A DNA stretch of 64,000 nt from the human T2T-CHM13v2.0 reference genome, Homo sapiens, in assembly GCF_009914755.1 (NCBI RefSeq), contig NC_060928.1; one strand, given 5' to 3'. Shown piece after piece: positions 26,663 to 40,309 of this stretch. The notes under the pieces were generated by a model, which was not told the DNA's origin, ran no database searches, and saw only the letters and a program-made list of their open reading frames with translations. Position 1 is the first letter of the stretch, and each line of letters starts with the position of its first letter. The position numbers and the translations under genes were made by a program.

Positions 26663-29039
26663 TTAACCAATCATATCAACTACTACTATTTGGTTATCTG
26701 AATGTCAGCAGTGATTGTCAAAGAAAAGGCAGATGAAAATTCGGATCTAGGGAGTAAAATTATGGTACAATGATTCAAAAGGAAAGAGTTGATTAATGCC
26801 AAATGTTTTAGTCACTAAAAATGAAATTAATAGATAACAATTTTTAAGAAATTCATATCTTTTATAAACAGTTTTGTTAAATAGGACTTGGTTATTTCTA
26901 ATGGCGTTTTTAAATTTAATAAAATAGATATCAGTAATTGTTAATGAAAAATACCATTTTTTCCTGTCCCAACATGTTTTCTCTATATTTTTTTACAAAT
27001 TAATTTTTATAGTCATTGACTTATATTGTTTCTGTCATCAACAACATTGATGTTTGTCTAAACTAATAATTGAGTAAAACTGGGAAGGAAGCATGGTTTT
27101 CAAATGAACTGGGATTAAACATCTGTAAATATAAAGTAGATGTGAAACTGAAAGAAACTTTTTTAATGAGTGAAGTTATAATATTTTATTCATAAGGAGA
27201 GCTGTTTCAATGTACATATGGCAAAATATATTCTTCTAGATGGGAAACAGGCCATTCTCTAGCTTTTGGAATGAACTCAGCAACATCAGAACACCTTGAG
27301 AAGTGGAAGCTGTAGAAACATCTGTAGTCACCACCCTTGGCATGGACAATGCCACTCTAATGGAAAGCAAATACAGCAAGGAGGTTTTGCAAAATGACAA
27401 ATGGGTAACTGAGAAGAAAAAAAGGAAGATGAAATATTCCACGAGAACACTCTAAATGAGACTGATGTATGAGACACCTTTAGGGGGACTTCTAGGTCTA
27501 ACTGACAGATACTTTGAAGAGGGCTAATTACTAGAAAAAAAAGTAGGTGGGGGCTTGTGCCAGAATGTCTTGATTTTTAAAAGCAGGAATTTTCTAACTG
27601 GAGACCATATCCTGATGAAGTTTTAAATATATGAGGTATATAGACAATCTAGTTATAAGAAATCTATTTTTAAGAAATAATCTTCGTTAATTCACAGTTT
27701 TTAAAGTTAAAATCAAGAAGAGGTGGAATGCTATCCTCATAAAGAGTAAACCAAGGTTCAAATAAAATAAGAATATTGTCTGTATTACAAATAGCATTTT
27801 AACTACACAAGTTCAGATTTCCTCAATCATTGTGTTTAATAGGTTCAGTGATTAGTTAGTGTGTATTTGTATGCAATTTTACAGTTCTGTCTTTGGAGTA
27901 AAGAAACAATTTATAGACGATTTCTAAAATAATATTCTCATTCCTGAGAGCCAAGCACAGGCATAGAGGCTTGACTTGATAACTGAACTGTAACTTTGTA
28001 AACAAGGTGAGAAAATAAGACACATCAATTTAATATTTTCACTTTACTTTACAAGCTTATAACTCATATCTTCACTAACAATTCTGTAATCATAATAGTT
28101 TCAAAGCCTGTGATAGGCATAAATATAGGCTTTATTTCCATTTTATTTTTTGATCATCATTCCTTTTTCAACATTTTAAAATTTCCTATTCTTGTGTTTC
28201 TCTAGGGGAAAAGAGGATATTCTAATCATAGCCTTAAAACTGTGGCCACATAAAGAGATAAGAATCACTCAAGGTGATTGGAATAGATGAGATTAGATGA
28301 CAAGGAGCAAGCAGAATAGAGAACATTATAAAAATGTTAAAATTCTAAAGAATATGAGTAGTTGTAAAATTTTTTTAAAGACACTGAAAACTTCTAATGT
28401 CATTGTACTTTAATGATAAAACGAAAGTTTTCTTTTTGTAAAGTTTGTAAAGTTGGATAAATATAAATAAGCAAAAGAAACCTACAGGTACTTCCTGATT
28501 TTTTAATACAGTGCTTTCCTGGAAACTGAATTAACTGAACTAACTATAGAACAGTATGTTTAAGGCAGGCTGACTCTTCTCAGACAAGCAGTATGAGGAT
28601 CTCAGACTGTGTTCCTGCAGATTTGGAAGCAAAGAGATACAACCAAAAAAATAAAAAAAACAAAGGATGAAAATCACCATATACATATGATAAATTCACA
28701 AGTCTTTGAAACTCAATGAAGCCTAGGAAAGTTAGTGATATATTTTCCAGGGTTCTTTGCTATGGTAAGGAGAAAGTAATGGAGCTAAGTTTGTAAACAC
28801 ATCTGTGCTGAAAAATTCATATATATTATTTCAACTGGGTCTCATGAAAATATTGGGAAGTAACTACCATTTCCCATTTAAAAGATGAGGAAACCATCAC
28901 AAACTGAATATTACTGAAATCGCAGAACTTGCAGGAAAAGTATTTAGGATTGAAATCTGTATTTTCCATTTTCTTTCCACTCAGTCACCCTGCAAAGAGT
29001 CTTCTGAAATGTAACTGCCCATCAGGAATGAGGGAAAGT

Positions 29040-29116
29040 CACACACACACAGGCACACATGGACACAGAGAAAGACAGAGAGAGAGAGGAGAGGGTGACA
29101 GAGAGAGAGAGAGAGA
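29040..29116. repeat. (CA)n/(GA)n simple repeat
   Basis: Direct reading of the sequence. Confidence 0.85.
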
Positions 29117-30154
29117 TTGGAACAAATGGACCTTTCAATAATAGTGTGCCCTGTGTACTCTCCAGTGTCCAGTGAGAATTAGCAGTCATCCTCCCCATCA
29201 ATTCATTACCAAGAAAAAAATTTGGCACTAGGAGCAATCATTTTCCAAACCCTGCATGCACAGTGCAACTGCTAATATAATAATCCCATGGGAGATAAAA
29301 GAAAATAAAAGATTGAGAATGAGGATGGTTTTTAGTGTGTACCAAATGCTAGCAATTCACTGCAAATGAAGTAGTGTTATTTCCTTTTTATTTCATTTCT
29401 CCCCCACTATTGCTTTGAATATTGGATTTTCTTGTGACAAGGGTTCCAGGTTAATGATCAAAGTGCACTTCATGAACCAAAATGATTTTAACTCAGCTTT
29501 TGGAGTGACACTTCCTAAAATGTACCCCTGGGATTCAAATTTTCCTGACTCAAGACTGTTTCTATTCAAGGTCTAAAACCACTTTTAAGGGTAATAGCTA
29601 CATCAACACTATTATATTTTGGTTGATTGAATCTGCATGAATTATTTTTCATTAAATAGCAAAATCTAATTCTAGGGGAAAAAATCTTGTTAATTGTTTT
29701 TATAAAGATGTGCCCCAGGGCAGCAGCATTTAGTTTTTCACTAACCATGGGTTTCAGAAAGCTTTTCAATTCTGCCAAATCATTACTTGCTCATATTTTT
29801 CATTTAAAATGGAAAATATAAAAATGACCTTTTATAAGTATTTATTAAATATATTTTCTTCTTGCTAAAAACTGCTTCCTAATATGAATATTTACTTGTG
29901 TTCTATAAATGAAAAAGACTTGAAAAGCATGAAAAGCATGTAGACTTACACTGAAGGAACATTAGCCTGTAACTGGTGTACAGTTTCAAGTCCTAATCTT
30001 GCTGTATAAAAAGCTGGGTGCCTTGGGTCACCTATTCAGTTTTCCTAATGCTGAAAAGAAAGGAAGGATCTTGCTTGGAAAAAAATACAATGCTCTTAGG
30101 AGACCAAATGCTCTAATCATCAGATTCTTCAGATTCATTGATATATAATCAGTG

Positions 30155-30257
<103 letters not shown>

Positions 30258-32645
30258 AAGAATGAACCATTGTCCACTGAATCTAAGCAAGATTCTTATT
30301 CATGGCTGAAGATCTAGGGCAAGGATACAAAGCAAGCTAATTACTCCGCTTCATTAATCTCCAGAAAATTCTTTCATTAACACATGTGCACTCACACCCA
30401 CATACTAGAAAGTTAGGTGAAATATCCTCAGCAACATTTAAGTGTTTTCTCTAGACTGATCACAGATTTTTGTAGTGTTACATCACTTTTATAAACTGCT
30501 TCTATTTTTACTGTAAGTCTAGAATTTTTTTGTTGCAGAATGGATTGATCTTACTCCAGCTTACAAAATTACTCCAAAATGTACTTGATTCCTTCAACTT
30601 TTCTACTTAAAATGTTATTAGAGCTTGCATGACCAGAGCAGAATGTACTTTTCCTCAAGTACATGTTATTTGCATGCCTTATTTTGTGTTTCCTAATTGA
30701 GAAAAATTGTCAGTGGCTGACCTGAATGCTTCTACTAATAAAAAGGCAACGTGGGATTCAAGTGACTTTAACTCTCTTACAGATGTCCTTCAAAAATTAA
30801 AAGAGAAAATCGCCTGAAGTTTCAAAGATGTTTCAGCCAAGTGGTTAATTCTATATTCTAGAATCAACTACAGAGACTAAGATACAAATTATATACTACA
30901 TAAAATAAATAGAATATTCAGATGCCCTGTTAGTAATGTTATATTCTGTGAGTACACTTAATTGCAAGGACATTTTAACTAAATGCTAAAATACGTATTT
31001 TCAATATGACCTTATTTTCCGCATAAGAAAATTTTTCTAATTTATTTTCTTTTTTTGGAAGTAGACTTGAGTTCCCCCTTCATGAAATTTGTATTATTTT
31101 TGAGTGAAAACTGTAACATTTATGGTGTACATATAGGGGGCAAATACACTTGTGTTTTTCCTGTTTTTTCCATGCAGATTTCAAATTCCTTAAATGAAAA
31201 GAACCCAGGGAGTTAGTTCAGAGTAGTCTAATTCTCAACATTGAACAAAAAGCCATTTTATCTCCTAGTGCAATGTTACAAATATTTAGTGGAAGTCACC
31301 CCACGTTAAAAGGAATTCACGGTTCATCCCTGGATCTTACGTTAACATGGTGTTCTTAAATCTTCCACACAATTATCTGAACCTCGGATTTTTCATCAAT
31401 AAAATTAGAAACATTTTAAGAATTCAATAACAATTTATTAGTAGACTTTTGTATTGATTTGCTAATGAATATTATGTGTTTGTAAAAAGCAAATCATTAG
31501 TTTGTGAGGGGTTATCTTAGTACTGAAAGTAATGGCAGTTATAAAATTATTGAGAAACTTACAAATACTCAGTGTTGAGTGTTAAGCAAATTATATAGAT
31601 TATTTTCCACATACATGCAACTTTGTAAGATTGATAATGTTCTATTTTTTAAAAAAGTATGTCAGAAAAGCTAAGAATCTTGAACAATTGGTAATGGAAA
31701 TAATAAATCCAACTCAGGGGTGTTCTGTTCATTTCCAAACAGGTGTGTTTCTGTCTACACCATAATAATAATAATAGAATCCTTCAATGAATTGAAACCA
31801 TCTGTTTTAGTGGTAAAACAGAGTGAAACTGAGCATCAGGAAAACTGAAATTAGCTATTAAAATTGAACAACAATTGAAATATCAGAAGGATACACTGAA
31901 GATTAATAAGATTGTTTACCTGTAAGCCATGGATAAGAATAAATAAATGCAAAATAACCTGTGTTGGGGCACATCTCCAAGTTTATCCTTTTTGTAAAAT
32001 CCTAATTTAAAAAATTCTAATATCTTACATTCCCAAAAAGATAAAAATTAAAATAAAAAGCTTGGAAGAAACCCCTGATATTGAATAAAAATGGAAAAAT
32101 GTTAAAAAAAAAACCTCTGTATTTTAAGTAAACAGCATCATCTCACTGAAGAGTGGATAAGAAGAAAGAACTAGCCCAAATGGACTTTGAATATATTATT
32201 GGACAATGTAAACTCAGGTTAAAAATGGTAAAAATAATTACTATAAAGAATTGAATTCTAGTCAGTTGACATATATTTTTTCCCAGCGACATAGGTTAGC
32301 AATTCTGAAACTACGTTGTCCATAAATCTTAGGACTAAGCAAATAAGTAGATACATTGTGGATAATGAGAACCAGTGTTACCACTGTCAGAGAAGACAGT
32401 AATGGAAGTGGAAAAGGACAGAATAAACCATGTGATGTTGAATTGGAATTGGGGTAATCATTGTGAACTCCTAGACTTGAATATATGTGAATGATTAGCT
32501 CTAGAAGTAGAACCAGATATGTGTGTACAACTTCCCAGCTCTATCAGCTGAGACAGCTCACAAGCAATGAAAACCCAGAAGCAATGGGCACATAGAAGCC
32601 AGATCCTGTTTTCTTAATACCACTCTACCCAATAAGAAAACTGTG

Positions 32646-32951
<306 letters not shown>

Positions 32952-33458
32952 AAGATAACTGTGAAGAAATGCCTGAATCTAGAAATAGGGCTGAAACCTA
33001 AGAAAATAATCCTGGAACATTTGGATGTGTGAGAAAATAAGAAAGCGTTAAAGGATACATGTCAAAAGACAGAAGAGTGAGTTTGAAGGGCTTATCTTGC
33101 TGAGATCTGGGACAATTTGAGACTCAAAATAAATAATGACAATAAGAATTCTAACATTTTCAATAAAATAGTTCAAGGATCCACACTGATAAATAATAAA
33201 TCAATAGCTAGATAAATGAACTAAATGAAAAAGTTCTTCCTTTTGACAGAAACCCAACTGACAAATACAGAAGAGTGATGGAATTGGAAAATGAATCCTA
33301 TTTTGTCAACCACGGTAATAAACATCGAGTCAAGCATCAGTTACCAAATAGATGTGAAAGCTAATGGGTGGAATTTTGAGGGAATAACAAGATATTTACA
33401 TAATTTCAAAGTATTCCTCCAAAAGATATTTATTAATTTTAAAAAGTAAAATGGTAAC

Positions 33459-34241
<783 letters not shown>

Positions 34242-34851
34242 TTAACAGACAAATATTTTGTGCCTATTGATATGAGGCACCAAGAAGGGTATAACATCAC
34301 TTCTGTATTCCTCTCCCAAATGTGCATAACCTGAATCTAGTCATGAAGGAATATCAGATAAACCCAAGTTGAAGAACATTCTGTAAAATGACTATTCTGA
34401 ACTTGAAAATAATCAATGTACAAGGTACAAAGAAAGATCCAGAAACTGTTGTAGATTATACATGTGATATATAATGTTAGATTTAATTTTACTTATAAAG
34501 CATATTATTTTGTTAATTAGCAAAATCTAAATATAAACTTTCCTTGAATGATAATACTGTGTCTACCAATGTTACATTTTTAAATTTCGATAATTATGTA
34601 ACAGAATGTCTCTGTTTTTAGAAAATTCACATGATGTATATAGGGGTAAAAGGCCATTATGTCTGCAATTCACTGGCAAGCGATTCGGAAAAATAATGGT
34701 ATACACAGAGAGACACACACATAGGTACACGCAGAGAGAGCATACAAAGGATAAAGCAAATGTAGTACTACCATAACAGGGAAACTGTAAGACCATATGA
34801 AATTTTGAGGGTACTATTCTTGTATTTTCTAAAATTCTGCATTTATGTTAA

Positions 34852-35370
34852 AGTGATGGTTAATTTTATGTGTCAACTTGATTTGGCTAAGGGATGCTTA
34901 GAAAGCTGATAAAACATTATTTCTTTGTGTGTCTGTGAGATTATTTCTAGAAGATTTGTGCTTTTGAATCAGTAGACAATTCAGAAATTGTCTACTAAGA
35001 AAGACAATTCATCCTCACCAGCATAGGCAGGCATCATTCAATCCATGGAGGGCCCAAATAAAACAACAAGGGAGAAGAAGGATGAATTCACCATCTTCAT
35101 TAGCTGAAGCATACATTTTCTCCTGCCCTAAGACATCATAGCTCCTTGGACTCTAAGGCCTACACCAGTGGTTTCCTGGTTCTCAGGACTTCAGACTTGG
35201 AATGAAATATACCACTAGCTTTCCTGGTTCTCTGGCTTGCACACAAATTAGCATGGGATTTTTCAGCCTCCATAATTGTGTAAGGCAGTTCCCATAATAT
35301 ATCTCCTCTTATATATCTGTATATATCCTATTGGTTCTGTTTTTCTGGAGAACCCTGACTGATAAATACA
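34852..35370 (+). mobile_element. MLT2D/C-like solo LTR (ERVL)
   Basis: GTGATGGTTAATTTTATGTGTCAACTTG...CCTATTGGTTCTGTTTTTCTGGAGAACCCTGACT...AATACA. Confidence 0.88.
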
Positions 35371-35387
35371 TACATTTTAAAAATGAG

Positions 35388-35632
35388 CACTCATGCCCGT
35401 AATCTCACCACTTTGGGAATCCAACGTGGGAGGATTACTGAGGTCAAGAGTTTGAGACCAGCTTGGGAAATATAGTGAAACCCCAGCTCTACAAAATAAA
35501 AAAATAAAAATATTAGCCTGGAGTGGTGGCACATGCCTATAGTCCCAGTTACTCAGGGGTCTGAGGCAGGATCATTTGAGCCCAGAAGCCTGCACTCCAG
35601 CCTGAGTAACAGAGTAAGATTCTGTCTCAAAC
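35388..35632 (+). mobile_element. AluJ, degenerate and internally deleted
   Basis: GGGAGGATTACTGAGG...GAGTTTGAGACCAGCTTGGGAAATATAGTGA...GATCATTTGAGCCCAG. Confidence 0.85.
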
Positions 35633-37529
35633 ATATATATATATTTTATTTTAAGTAAAAATAAACAAAAATGTGCAATAATGAGCTTCAGATTCCTTAT
35701 CCGGAAATTTGTGATGATATCAAGGAATTTTTGCAGATGTAACATTCTCTAATTGAATAGAACACTTAATAAGCCTTCTTGATAGCAAAATTTTCCTTGA
35801 TCACGATTCTGAAAACTGAATTCCAAAATTATCTTTATGCCAAACCAACTCTAATATAGCAAGTTCTTTCAATTTAGAAAACTCATTTTTCATAATAATA
35901 AGATACATGCTGTGCCTAAATATTATATAAAATATGTTTATCTGCTGCTTTAAGTGTTTAATATTGCCTTGAAATTAATGAAATTTACTGTAACTTGCTC
36001 TTTTTCATTTTTTCAATTCTTACAGTATTAGAATATCTCATGTAAGGCTTATTATTAAAAAAATATTAAATACAATGGAGGTGATATGATATGTATTTTT
36101 TAAAAGAAACGTTTACCTGCCCACAGTAGGTCAATTTTGACTCTCAACATAGCTTCATGCCTTTTAGTGTGCTTGTGTGCAAGACTGCTTTCTTATATCC
36201 TGTTTGGTTGTTTTTAGATTCGCTTCATGAATTCAGAGTTTTGAAATGCTTCAAAGACAAAACTCATTATTCTTTCAATATTTCTGTTTAAGCTGGCTTG
36301 ACTTTATGTGAATTACAAATGTTGACACTAATTGGTAATTTTTAAAGAAAAAAGGATCTAGACAGCTTCTACCCCTTGAGGGGGAACTTAGATAAATGAA
36401 AACATCAACTATGGAATAATTGATACACTTGTATAATTCTGAATTTGCTGGTACAGAGTTAATATAACATTAAAATAATAGACAACAAATGAATACATGT
36501 CATTGCCTAATGTTTCCTTGTGACCGTATGTCATTCTTTTTATTTGTTTACCTTAAATTACAGACGTTTAGAGTTTAAAATTGGCTCTTTGGGAAAGTAG
36601 AACAAAATTCTTTTTGTTAAGACTTTGGAAAAAAAAAATCTTCATACTTCAAATAGCTTAAAGACTTTATGCTTTGTTTCATCTTAACTTATATCTTTAC
36701 CTATTTTTTTGTGCAAAGTGTCACTTAATGATATATGAATACTATAGTGGGATTTTGTTTATAGCAAATGAAACTGACAAACAATAGAAAAATTTAGGAT
36801 ATGGACTGAGAGAGCAAACAAACTTGGAGAAAATTTTTTATCTATTTCGGGGTATAGTAAACGCACATTACTCACTGTAGACTATCCACCCTTTTTGTGC
36901 TCCATTTTTATTTGTTTCCGAAACTAAGATGGAATTATTTTGTATGGCATATTTGTCTTAAAGCTTAACATTTTGCAAAGTCCTTTAGGAGCAATAGCCC
37001 CGCAGTAACTTGACTGATATTCAATAAATTGAAAAATGAAAGAGGACATTTCTGAAGCTTTAGTGGTGCCGATGAGGAGAAAAAGGAGGTAGACAGCGGT
37101 GGAAACCTGGGGAGAGTAATGAGTAGATCAAAATTGGAAAGGATCCAAGACAAGTCAGTTTTGCATTGGTATGTTTTCCCCGTCTCTTTTTTATATCTTT
37201 GCATTAGTTTCAGTTTTCTTAGAACAAATAATTTTTTAACATTAAACAGTTTCCCCTACTGCCTCACTCTCTTAGCACAAACAGAAAGCTGAATTGAAAT
37301 TTGTATGAAGAACTGAGCGTGCCCAGTAACCCTTAACACTTTGTATGTTGTCGGCAAGATATTACACAATATCTTTCTAATCTAATTTTATTGTTTGTGA
37401 TAATTCATCTGATTGCAAAACTGGAAGCTGGCTTTTATTAGAATTTTGGCCAGTATATTGAGTCAATTAAAATGGGTTGCATCAGTCAAAGATTTCCCAG
37501 AAGAATAAAACCAACATATTATAATGTGT

Positions 37530-37578
37530 ATACACACACACACACACGTACACACACACACACGTGCACACACACACT
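37530..37578. repeat. Interrupted (CA)n microsatellite
   Basis: Direct reading of the sequence. Confidence 0.92.
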
Positions 37579-37582
37579 TAAT

Positions 37583-38027
37583 TCTTGAATAACACGGGTT
37601 TCAACTGTGAGGGTCCATTTATACATAAGTTTTCTTCTGCCTCTGCCACTCTTAAGAAAATAAGGCTAACCTTTGCTTTTCCTCCTTCTCTTCAGACTGC
37701 TTATCATGAAGACGAGGTGGATGAAGACTTTCCACTCAATGAATATCCACTTCCACTCAATGACTAGTAAACGTATTTTTTCTTCCTTATGATTTGCTTA
37801 ATAACGTTTCCTTTTATCTAACTTACTTTATTGTAAAAGCAGACTCTACAATATATATAACATACAAAATATGTGTTAATCAACAGTTTATATTATCTGT
37901 AAGACTCCTGGTCTGCAGTACGCTATTTGTAGTTAAGTTTTGAGGGAGTCAAAAGCTATACTTGGATTTTTTACTGTGTGGGGGTAGGGGTGGCACCCCG
38001 ACCCTAAAGTTGTTGAAGAGTCAACTG
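37583..38027 (+). mobile_element. Tigger2a (MER28) DNA transposon
   Basis: CTTGAATAACACGGGTTTCAACTG...GAAGACGAGGTGGATGAAGAC...GGGAGTCAAAAG...GTTGTTGAAGAGTCAACTG. Confidence 0.88.
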
Positions 38028-38228
38028 AATCTTCTTAAAGTCAACTGATTGTAAATGTTAATCACAGTACAAAATCATTCACAACAACATCTAGACTCGT
38101 GTTTGACAAAAGGACTGAGCACTATAGCCTAGAAAAGCTGACACAAGTTGACACATAAAATTAACCATGATAATGGTAGTTTGGCACAATCCTTAACAAA
38201 ATCCTTCTACAGATATTTCATAAACCAC

Positions 38229-38768
38229 TGACAGAAACTCCCTCCTTGGCCAAACTCTAACTCAGGCTCCTCTGAGCCCTTTAGTCACTAGGCCTCTACT
38301 TAGCCTAAAAAGACTTTAACAAAACACAACCTCATTTCTCATAGGTCAAGATCACTTCCCTAGAATGATCATAGCCCTCTGTAATGTGTCTGCCAGAGAA
38401 AACTCGGGTTGCCATAAGAATTTGCTGTTTGTTACAGCCAATGCCTAAAGATAGGATCCCTGTGTCAGATTCTATGGGAGGGTAGGAGCCTAAATTCAAT
38501 AGGGCCAGTTAAGAAACTCTGATGGGTTTCTTCTGGACCAAACTTCCTTCCCCTTTTTTGTAATTTTTTACTTCTCTGACTCTACTGAGTCCCACTTACA
38601 CCCTTATCTACAACCTAATTTTCTCTTTAAAATGCCCAGTAACATTTGTAAAAATCAAAGTTGAGTTAAATTCATACTGAACTCTTTTCTCTGTGGCAAT
38701 AGTACATTAATGGTTAAAATCTGTCCTTCCCACTCTAAACAGTGCCCAACTTTGTTTTTTCTTTGCCA
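38229..38768 (+). mobile_element. MER67-like solo LTR (ERV1)
   Basis: TGACAGAAACTCCCTCCTTGGCCAAACT...CAGGCTCCTCTGAGCCC...GGGAGGGTAGGAGCCTAA...TTTGCCA; 4-bp TSD CCAC on both sides. Confidence 0.8.
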
Positions 38769-39819
38769 CCACTTTCCCTTCCAAAAAAAAAGAAGAAAAA
38801 AAAGAAACAAAACACATTGAAAAATAACAGGCAGAATATTTTAATTAATTAATATAACCTAAACACCTATGATGTCGTGATGAAACCAGAAAAAATAACA
38901 TATTTGAAGACAGAAAACTAAAAGTAAAGGGTTGCTAAATGATTCTTGAAAAAGAACAAAAATGATAAGGAAAAGAAAAAAATATTTTTAGAAAACAAAA
39001 TAATGTATGCATATTTCTCAACAGAAAAATAAGAAATGACTATGAACCCACTTCTCTGAAATCATCATTTTTTTATTTTATGGTTGAAACAGGTAATATC
39101 CCTTGAACCATAAAATTCCCAAAGTCCTTGACAACTAAGCCAAGGTTGCCTTCCTTCTTCATGGATTATCCTTCTACACTCAAATAGTTCAGCCTGATCT
39201 TTCTTTATTCATATCAATGAATAATATTATATTTCCACTTTTCTTTCCCATTATAGAGCATCTACCAATTTGTTTTACCTCTTCCATATGCTAGCCTTAT
39301 GTGACTGAGACATAAAAGATGATGCATATACTCTTACACAATAAAATGCTGTTTCTTTTCCTAGCAGGAATTACTGCTCTACCTAATTCAATCAATATGT
39401 GCAATACAGAACTCTATCTTTCATTTATAGCTGCTCCTGAACCATGACACAGAGTGCTATCTGTCTCTACCTGTGATTACTCTGGATACCAGTTTAGATC
39501 CAAACTGCTTAGAGTGCTATTTAATAATTTTTAAAAGTCACATCTCTTTACCTTGCTAATTAACCCCTGATTATATTCAGCTACATTTATTTTTAAGTAG
39601 AATACGTACTATATATGTGTTACTGATTTATATACATAATACGTATATGTATACTTGTCAGTTTCAACTAATCAGAAATTATATGAATATAGCCATTGAA
39701 AAAGTATTCTTGCCTGCATAAACTTTCCCATGTTGAGAAGAATGGATGATAGAAAGTTGAGAAATCCTGAAAGACTGAACATAGACTCAAAGACTGAGTT
39801 GAACAAAATAATACTGCTT

Positions 39820-40309
39820 TGTTCCAATTAGGAAAAAAAAAGTGCCACTTGCTTCCAGCACTCATTTAATTTTACATAAACACATTCTTTGTGGCTGAAG
39901 CAAATCTGACTAATTCGCAATGTGAAAGTAAAGTATAAAAACTGTTCTTGGAGTTATTTCTAAGTAGAACTAAGATCAGAATTGTCTATTATGGAAAAAT
40001 TGTATTCATCAAATCAATCTTGGGCCAACAACTGTTAGAAAAACAATGTTATCATCACATGTAGGAATGGTGTTTTCTAGGGTTTGACGTTTTCAGGGAT
40101 GGAGAATTGCTAAATTTTATAAATGGAAATATCACTACTAAAACCAGAATGCTATAAATAGAATGATGTCTTTTGTTTCAAGAGTTGATATACTACGGTG
40201 ATGCAAAAATAATAATAAAAGTGAGATATTTCGTGGCAAAATTATCTCAGGGTAAACGCGGCAGCTGCAAGTGCCACCAGCCAGTATTCTTTGGGCAAAT
40301 GGGGAAGGG
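39820..40309 (-). mobile_element. MER75 (piggyBac-derived) DNA transposon
   Basis: Ends GGCAAATGGGGAAGGG followed by the TTAA target; internal GCTATAAATAGAATGATGTCTTTTGTTTC and GAGATATTTCGTGGCAAA match reverse-complement MER75. Left TIR is degraded. Confidence 0.85.

Larger units (their letters stand above)
37478..38172 (-). mobile_element. MLT2-type LTR, middle replaced by (CA)n and Tigger2a
   Basis: Left TGCATCAGTCAAAGATTTCCCAGAAGAATAAAACCAA and right AAAGTCAACTGATTGTAAATGTTAATCAC...GTTGACACATAAAATTAACCAT match the two ends of reverse-complement MLT2. Confidence 0.7.

Noticed and set aside
27240-27404. Exon-like segment (TTCTTCTAG ... TGG|GTAACT)
   Set aside because: Weak donor, stop codons in the frames examined and no recognisable peptide; cannot be supported without transcript data.
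38018-38050. AGTCAACTGA direct repeat at the Tigger2a/MLT2 junction
   Set aside because: Each copy is native to its own element (Tigger2 TIR and MLT2 body), so the match is coincidental.
34852-38172. Two oppositely oriented MLT2 LTRs as ends of one provirus or a large inverted repeat
   Set aside because: Proviral LTRs are direct repeats, there is no ERVL internal sequence between them, and the copies are divergent, consistent with independent solo LTRs.
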